Shown in pieces: positions 27,749 through 32,000 of a stretch of DNA of 32,000 bases. Every line of letters begins with the position of its first letter. Within the stretch, counting starts at the first letter, position 1. Both the position numbers and the translations under genes were made by a program. The DNA is from Candidatus Hermodarchaeota archaeon (GTDB taxonomy: Archaea > Asgardarchaeota > Heimdallarchaeia > Hodarchaeales > Hodarchaeaceae), in assembly GCA_048886185.1 (NCBI GenBank), contig JBHLKY010000010.1:138526-170525 (forward strand), read 5' to 3'. The notes below the pieces were generated by a model. The model had not been told where the DNA came from, made no database searches, and saw only the letters and a list, made by a program, of their open reading frames with translations.

Positions 27749-28882
27749 TTAGAGTTTTGTCGTTCTCCCAGTATGATTAAAAATCTTTATTTTTGATCCT
27801 GGATCAACAAAACCGATTTTTTCTAAGATGAATATGATTTCAGCAAAATAATCCCCGCGGGATGTAAGATAATATAAATTGTCATCTTTTTCTATAATAT
27901 TCTCCTCAACTAATTTTTTTAAGTGAAAAGCAAAGGAGGACGAACTTTTAACCTGTAATTCTTCAAGGATTTTATTAAAATTTAACTTTGAATCTGATTT
28001 TAATAGATTTATAATGTCTTTCCTTATAGGATGGGAAATCAGACTAATGATACTATTAAATGTGTGAATTGAAAGTAATGAGAGGGCATCATGGATCAGC
28101 GGTTGATAAACAGCATTCTCATGATTTTTTTCTTCAATTAAAAAAATAAGCGTGAAATTTGATTCAAGCAAGAGGTGGCCTAGTTCATCGATAAATCCTT
28201 TAAAGTGGCTCCAGTTGTGTACTCGATAAAGTTCTTCTAATCCTTTAAAAATAATGGTTCCTTTTTCATTTTCCTGCAAAAATTTCTCAATTTGATGTTT
28301 TAATAAGTGTAGCTTTGTTGGAGGGATTTCGTTGGCTTCCTCACTGAATCCTAATTGAATATTTACCTCATTTTTTAATTTATATAAATCGCTAATGTTC
28401 TGGGGATCATCATTAGAAATTACCAAGTATGGTTCTTCATACTCATCGAGAGAATCCTCTATTGAGAAATCAGGTAAACTTTGTTTAGTTACAAGGGGAG
28501 AAAAGGCAAAAACTGTCCTTAATTTCAATTCTTTCTGTACTTCTTTTATTTTTTCTCTTAAAGGGGAAATCTCAAATGGTTTCAACATATAATCGTAAGC
28601 CCCACTTCTCATTGCCTCTATAGCTGAATCAATGCTTCCGTATCCAGTTATTACTATACTTATCAAATCTATACCTTTTTGTCTAATTATTTTGATTAAA
28701 TCAATACCCGACAATTCTCCCATCTTTAAATCAGTTAAAAGTAAATCGAACTTTTCTTTCAGGATTAATTTTAGAGCTTCTTCCGCCGAAGTTGCGGTTG
28801 AGATTTCATGTTGATCTAAAAGTAAAATTTTTCCCATTGTATCTAGGAAAGTGGTATTATCATCAACAATTAATATCCTCAT
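27749..28882 (-). CDS. Response regulator: REC + DUF835-like + winged helix
   Basis: ILIVDDN...LTDLKM...TGYG...KPF; central TIIFKGLEELY segment like DUF835; C-terminal SHPIRKDII...FAFHLKKL...YYLTSRG. Confidence 0.88.
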   Translation of the reverse strand: MRILIVDDNTTFLDTMGKILLLDQHEISTATSAEEALKLILKEKFDLLLTDLKMGELSGIDLIKIIRQKGIDLISIVITGYGSIDSAIEAMRSGAYDYMLKPFEISPLREKIKEVQKELKLRTVFAFSPLVTKQSLPDFSIEDSLDEYEEPYLVISNDDPQNISDLYKLKNEVNIQLGFSEEANEIPPTKLHLLKHQIEKFLQENEKGTIIFKGLEELYRVHNWSHFKGFIDELGHLLLESNFTLIFLIEEKNHENAVYQPLIHDALSLLSIHTFNSIISLISHPIRKDIINLLKSDSKLNFNKILEELQVKSSSSFAFHLKKLVEENIIEKDDNLYYLTSRGDYFAEIIFILEKIGFVDPGSKIKIFNHTGRTTKL

Positions 28883-29278
28883 AGTAACAATATCCTCTTA
28901 TACGGATAATTTTGCTACATTTCCTTTATTCAATTCCTTAAAAAGATAAAATTTATAGGATTATTTAAATGATTAAGTCAAATTTGTTAAAGAAACCTCA
29001 AGCTGAGATTTCTTTTGATTACTTTTTGAATGTTTTAATATAATTATTACTTTATAATTCATTAATATCATATTTCTTACGAATTTCGCATGTTCAGTTG
29101 CTCTTATGAAACAATCCTTTAGCAATCTGATGAATCTTTTCTCAATTTGATTTGAGTTTGTTCATCTTGAGTTTTAAATTCCGTTAATCGTAATTTACAT
29201 AATAACTTAAGAGAGCTTACTCTTCTTCTATGTTTAAGCATAGATATAGTGTTATCAAAGGTGTGTGAAGGAAGATTT

Positions 29279-29734
29279 ATGTATTATGATGAAATTGATA
29301 GGAAAATTCTAGAAATTTTGGATCAAAACGGTCGAACTAAATTCACTGACATAGCTAAGTCTATTCAGAAAACTGAGGGTACAGTTAGGAATCGCATAAA
29401 ACGATTACAGAAAAAAGGAATAATCATTGGTTTCAAAGTTGTCACATTCCCTGAAAATCTTGGTTACGAGATTCAAGCTGTAATAACATTTCATCTTGAA
29501 CCTAGTTATGAGAATTATATCCAAATAGAGCATTTACCCAGTAAAGCAGAGAAAAGTAACAGTAGACTTTTATCCCTCTATCGAGCCGATGATGAAAACC
29601 TGTTTATGCTCGATGTTCTTTCTAAGAGCTTACAAGACTTAAATAACTTCATTTCACAGCTTAAAAATCTCAGAGGTGTCTCTGCAGTTTCAAAATTACT
29701 AAAAATGGAGCGAATTTACGAACATATTTCATAG
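29279..29734 (+). CDS. Lrp/AsnC family transcriptional regulator
   Basis: DEIDRKILEILDQNGRTKFTDIAKSIQKTEGTVRNRIKRLQKKGIIIGF; the ATG at 29279 is preferred. Confidence 0.92.
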   Translation: MYYDEIDRKILEILDQNGRTKFTDIAKSIQKTEGTVRNRIKRLQKKGIIIGFKVVTFPENLGYEIQAVITFHLEPSYENYIQIEHLPSKAEKSNSRLLSLYRADDENLFMLDVLSKSLQDLNNFISQLKNLRGVSAVSKLLKMERIYEHIS

Positions 29735-29796
29735 TGGAGTTTTTGATTTATCAAAACTAGAAAAATTTTCCCTCAATCCTGATTTTAAGAGAATAA

Positions 29797-30024
29797 ATGG
29801 AGGTTGTTTCTCTGACTACTAATTTTATAGAAGAATCAGATCTTCAATCGCGAGCAGAAATAGAAATTGTTTGTCCCTGGTGTCACATTCATAGTATTTC
29901 AGCCATTGTTAATCATCTTATGCTCCGCTTAAAGTGTTCTGAATGTGGAATGGATGCGTTTGTTTCTCGTCTCCCTCGCAATAAGAAGCTTAATGATTAT
30001 GTCTCACGAAGATTGATTGTATAA
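29797..30024 (+). CDS. Small zinc-finger protein
   Basis: CPWC...CSEC in 75 aa; co-oriented with the Lrp gene. Confidence 0.65.
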   Translation: MEVVSLTTNFIEESDLQSRAEIEIVCPWCHIHSISAIVNHLMLRLKCSECGMDAFVSRLPRNKKLNDYVSRRLIV

Positions 30025-30079
30025 AGTGCTGAAATTTGGAGTGTTAATCTTAGTAAAAGTCTGTTCAAGTGTAGCTTTG

Positions 30080-31285
30080 TTATATTATTGTATTTCTCTT
30101 CACCCAAGAGGAAAGCCACTTCTGAGCTAATTTATGCAAAGATTTGTTACTTTTGTGAACACAAGTGACCAGACCAGGTTCAGATCTACCTGGATGGATG
30201 AGCATAGCAAAAATACATGAATTGCAAGAGATGCACTCTGTCGTTGGCCCACCTCGTCCTTCTAACCAGCGTTTTGGTAAATCAGGTTCACGTATTATTG
30301 GTCGAGACAAAGCAATGAATTCTACTTTTCCTTGTTTAACAATCTCCTCCAATCGTTCAATGTTTCGATTTCCACCAACTAAAATAACAGGAATATCTAG
30401 GTCTAGTTTCTTTGTATATTTCAGGAAATAGCTTTGATTATCGATACTGTTTATCTGTGTATGAGATTCGGGTGCAGGGACAAGCCGAAAGCCTAACTCA
30501 TCTTCATTTCTAAACAAACACTCCCACATACCTCCACTTATTTCAATAGCGTTAACACCTGTTTGTTCAATCTTTCGTGCTAGTTTAGGAAATGTTTCAA
30601 TACTTATTCCACCTTCAAGGTAATCTGTACAATTCATCTTGATCAGGATGGGAAAATCGCTGACAGATTGTCTAGCTTTGGTTACAATCTCTTGGATGAT
30701 CCTTACTCTATTCGATGTTGAACCTCCATAAGCATCATTTCGGCGATTTGTATAAGGTGAAAGGAAACGACTCAATAATCCACCATGTGCTGAATGAAGT
30801 TGCACACCATCGAACCCAGTTTTTTTCATATCAATTATAGCTTCAACAAAAGAATTGATAATATCACTAATTTCATCCAGAGAAAGATATCTAAGTTTTC
30901 TTTTTGAGTAAGGTGAGCTTATCACAGAAGGTCGACCTGTTAGATTTCCATTCTCAAGCTGAGCTACTATCTTACAATCTTGTTGAGACTTATGTACAAT
31001 TTCAGGTAATTTTTCAATTTCATCTACCCTAAGGTCAAAATAGTTAATTATCCACTTTTTAGAATCAATATTCGCTAGTTGTTCTTGAAAGACAGGAAAT
31101 CCCCCTGTTATAATCAGGCCTACCCCTCCAAGAGCAATTTCTTGATAAAGATTGAGAACCTCGGTGTTCATCTTACGACTTCTCAAGATGGACGGATCCC
31201 AAGTCGCTGAACGAACTAGACGGTTTTTTAATTTTAATGAACCTATTTTCCCTTCTGAAAATATTGTGTAATTCGCCCGTCTCAT
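30080..31285 (-). CDS. NADH:flavin oxidoreductase (old yellow enzyme family)
   Basis: LKNRLVRSAT, GFDGVQLHSAHGGLLSRFLSPYTNRRNDAYGGS, VGGNR, LSRPIIREPDLP and CISCNSC. Confidence 0.93.
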   Translation of the reverse strand: MRRANYTIFSEGKIGSLKLKNRLVRSATWDPSILRSRKMNTEVLNLYQEIALGGVGLIITGGFPVFQEQLANIDSKKWIINYFDLRVDEIEKLPEIVHKSQQDCKIVAQLENGNLTGRPSVISSPYSKRKLRYLSLDEISDIINSFVEAIIDMKKTGFDGVQLHSAHGGLLSRFLSPYTNRRNDAYGGSTSNRVRIIQEIVTKARQSVSDFPILIKMNCTDYLEGGISIETFPKLARKIEQTGVNAIEISGGMWECLFRNEDELGFRLVPAPESHTQINSIDNQSYFLKYTKKLDLDIPVILVGGNRNIERLEEIVKQGKVEFIALSRPIIREPDLPKRWLEGRGGPTTECISCNSCIFAMLIHPGRSEPGLVTCVHKSNKSLHKLAQKWLSSWVKRNTII

Positions 31286-31552
31286 ATGAAAATCACCAAA
31301 AGAAAGTCAAAGTACTGTACAGCACATTAACAAGTGAGAAATGACGATTCTTAAGAATCTCCTATTAGGCAAGGGTAGGAAAAAGGTAGCCATTTGAAGG
31401 TATGTAGAGATAATTAAAGCTCCTATTACTTAATATAAACGAATATAATGTATTTTCAGTGAAACCAGGAAAAACACATATAATAACCAAATTCTAAAGA
31501 ATTAGGGTGATTCACTTACCCCGAAATAGAAAGTTGGCTTCTTTTCTCCCAG

Positions 31553-31879
31553 TTATGGCTTAGTAGTTTTTACTTCAGATTGAGGTAGTTTCCTTCTGGT
31601 GATTTTAAGAACAACACCAGCCGATGTGGGGTCAGGACAACGAATGAACTCTGTGGTCACTCCTTCAGAATTAATCTTTTTTTCATAAATTGTACCTGAA
31701 TAATCCCAAGGAAGCAAACCATCATATTCCAACACACGAATCATTGTGTTTGCACTATCTAAAAGCCATGAACAGATATTGGCTTTGTCTTCAGGATAAA
31801 TAAACTTTTGACCGACTTTATGATAAGGACAACCACTTTCAAAGATCTCTAGTTCAAATGAGTATTTTCTTCTAGCCAT
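31553..31879 (-). CDS. TIGR04076-like small Cys-containing protein
   Basis: CPYHKVGQKF...ICSWLL...LPW...RCPDP pattern; ATG 31879 follows an AGGAG RBS. Confidence 0.75.
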   Translation of the reverse strand: MARRKYSFELEIFESGCPYHKVGQKFIYPEDKANICSWLLDSANTMIRVLEYDGLLPWDYSGTIYEKKINSEGVTTEFIRCPDPTSAGVVLKITRRKLPQSEVKTTKP

Positions 31880-32000
31880 TTGGATTACTCTCCTATTCAT
31901 CTTGTTGAAATAATTCCAAAAAAATCATTAATTCAGCTATATATAATGTGTATAAATGTAATTATATTGGCAATGTTCCTAGATTCTTTTCTTGTCAATT

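Noticed and set aside
1766-30431. Short antisense or overlapping ORFs in the track (e.g. 1766, 3135, 3425, 4166, 4459, 4922, 6082, 8610, 10924, 11419, 11824, 14562, 15988, 21555, 22748, 25629, 26300, 28395, 28632, 30165)
   Set aside because: They lie opposite well-supported genes and show no motifs; shadow ORFs.

Overview
AT-rich prokaryotic DNA, most consistent with an archaeon of the Asgard group. This is inference from GGTGA/AGGAG ribosome-binding sites, a TFS/RpoM paralogue, a 7TM-longin-like protein, a 23-aa LRR protein and a REC-DUF835-wHTH regulator. The window is an accessory-type region of hydrolases, redox enzymes, small regulators and a two-component pair. No rRNA, tRNA, CRISPR array, transposase or integrase was recognised. 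The main finding is a tightly packed minus-strand operon (15406-18626): a 33-aa ORF missed by the ORF track, then JAB protease fused to a UBC/RWD-like domain, an E1/ThiF enzyme lacking the usual thioester Cys position, and two Cys-containing E2 paralogues. It has no ubiquitin-fold gene, no E3 and no cyclase, so it looks like a ubiquitination-like conjugation system whose candidate modifier is a short disordered peptide. Just upstream lie two more unannotated small basic ORFs (51 aa and 22 aa) and a TFS paralogue with a basic rather than acidic hairpin. Three genes in the first 8.2 kb are frameshifted (PRTase, flavodoxin, LRR). All family assignments come from motif reading, not database searches.
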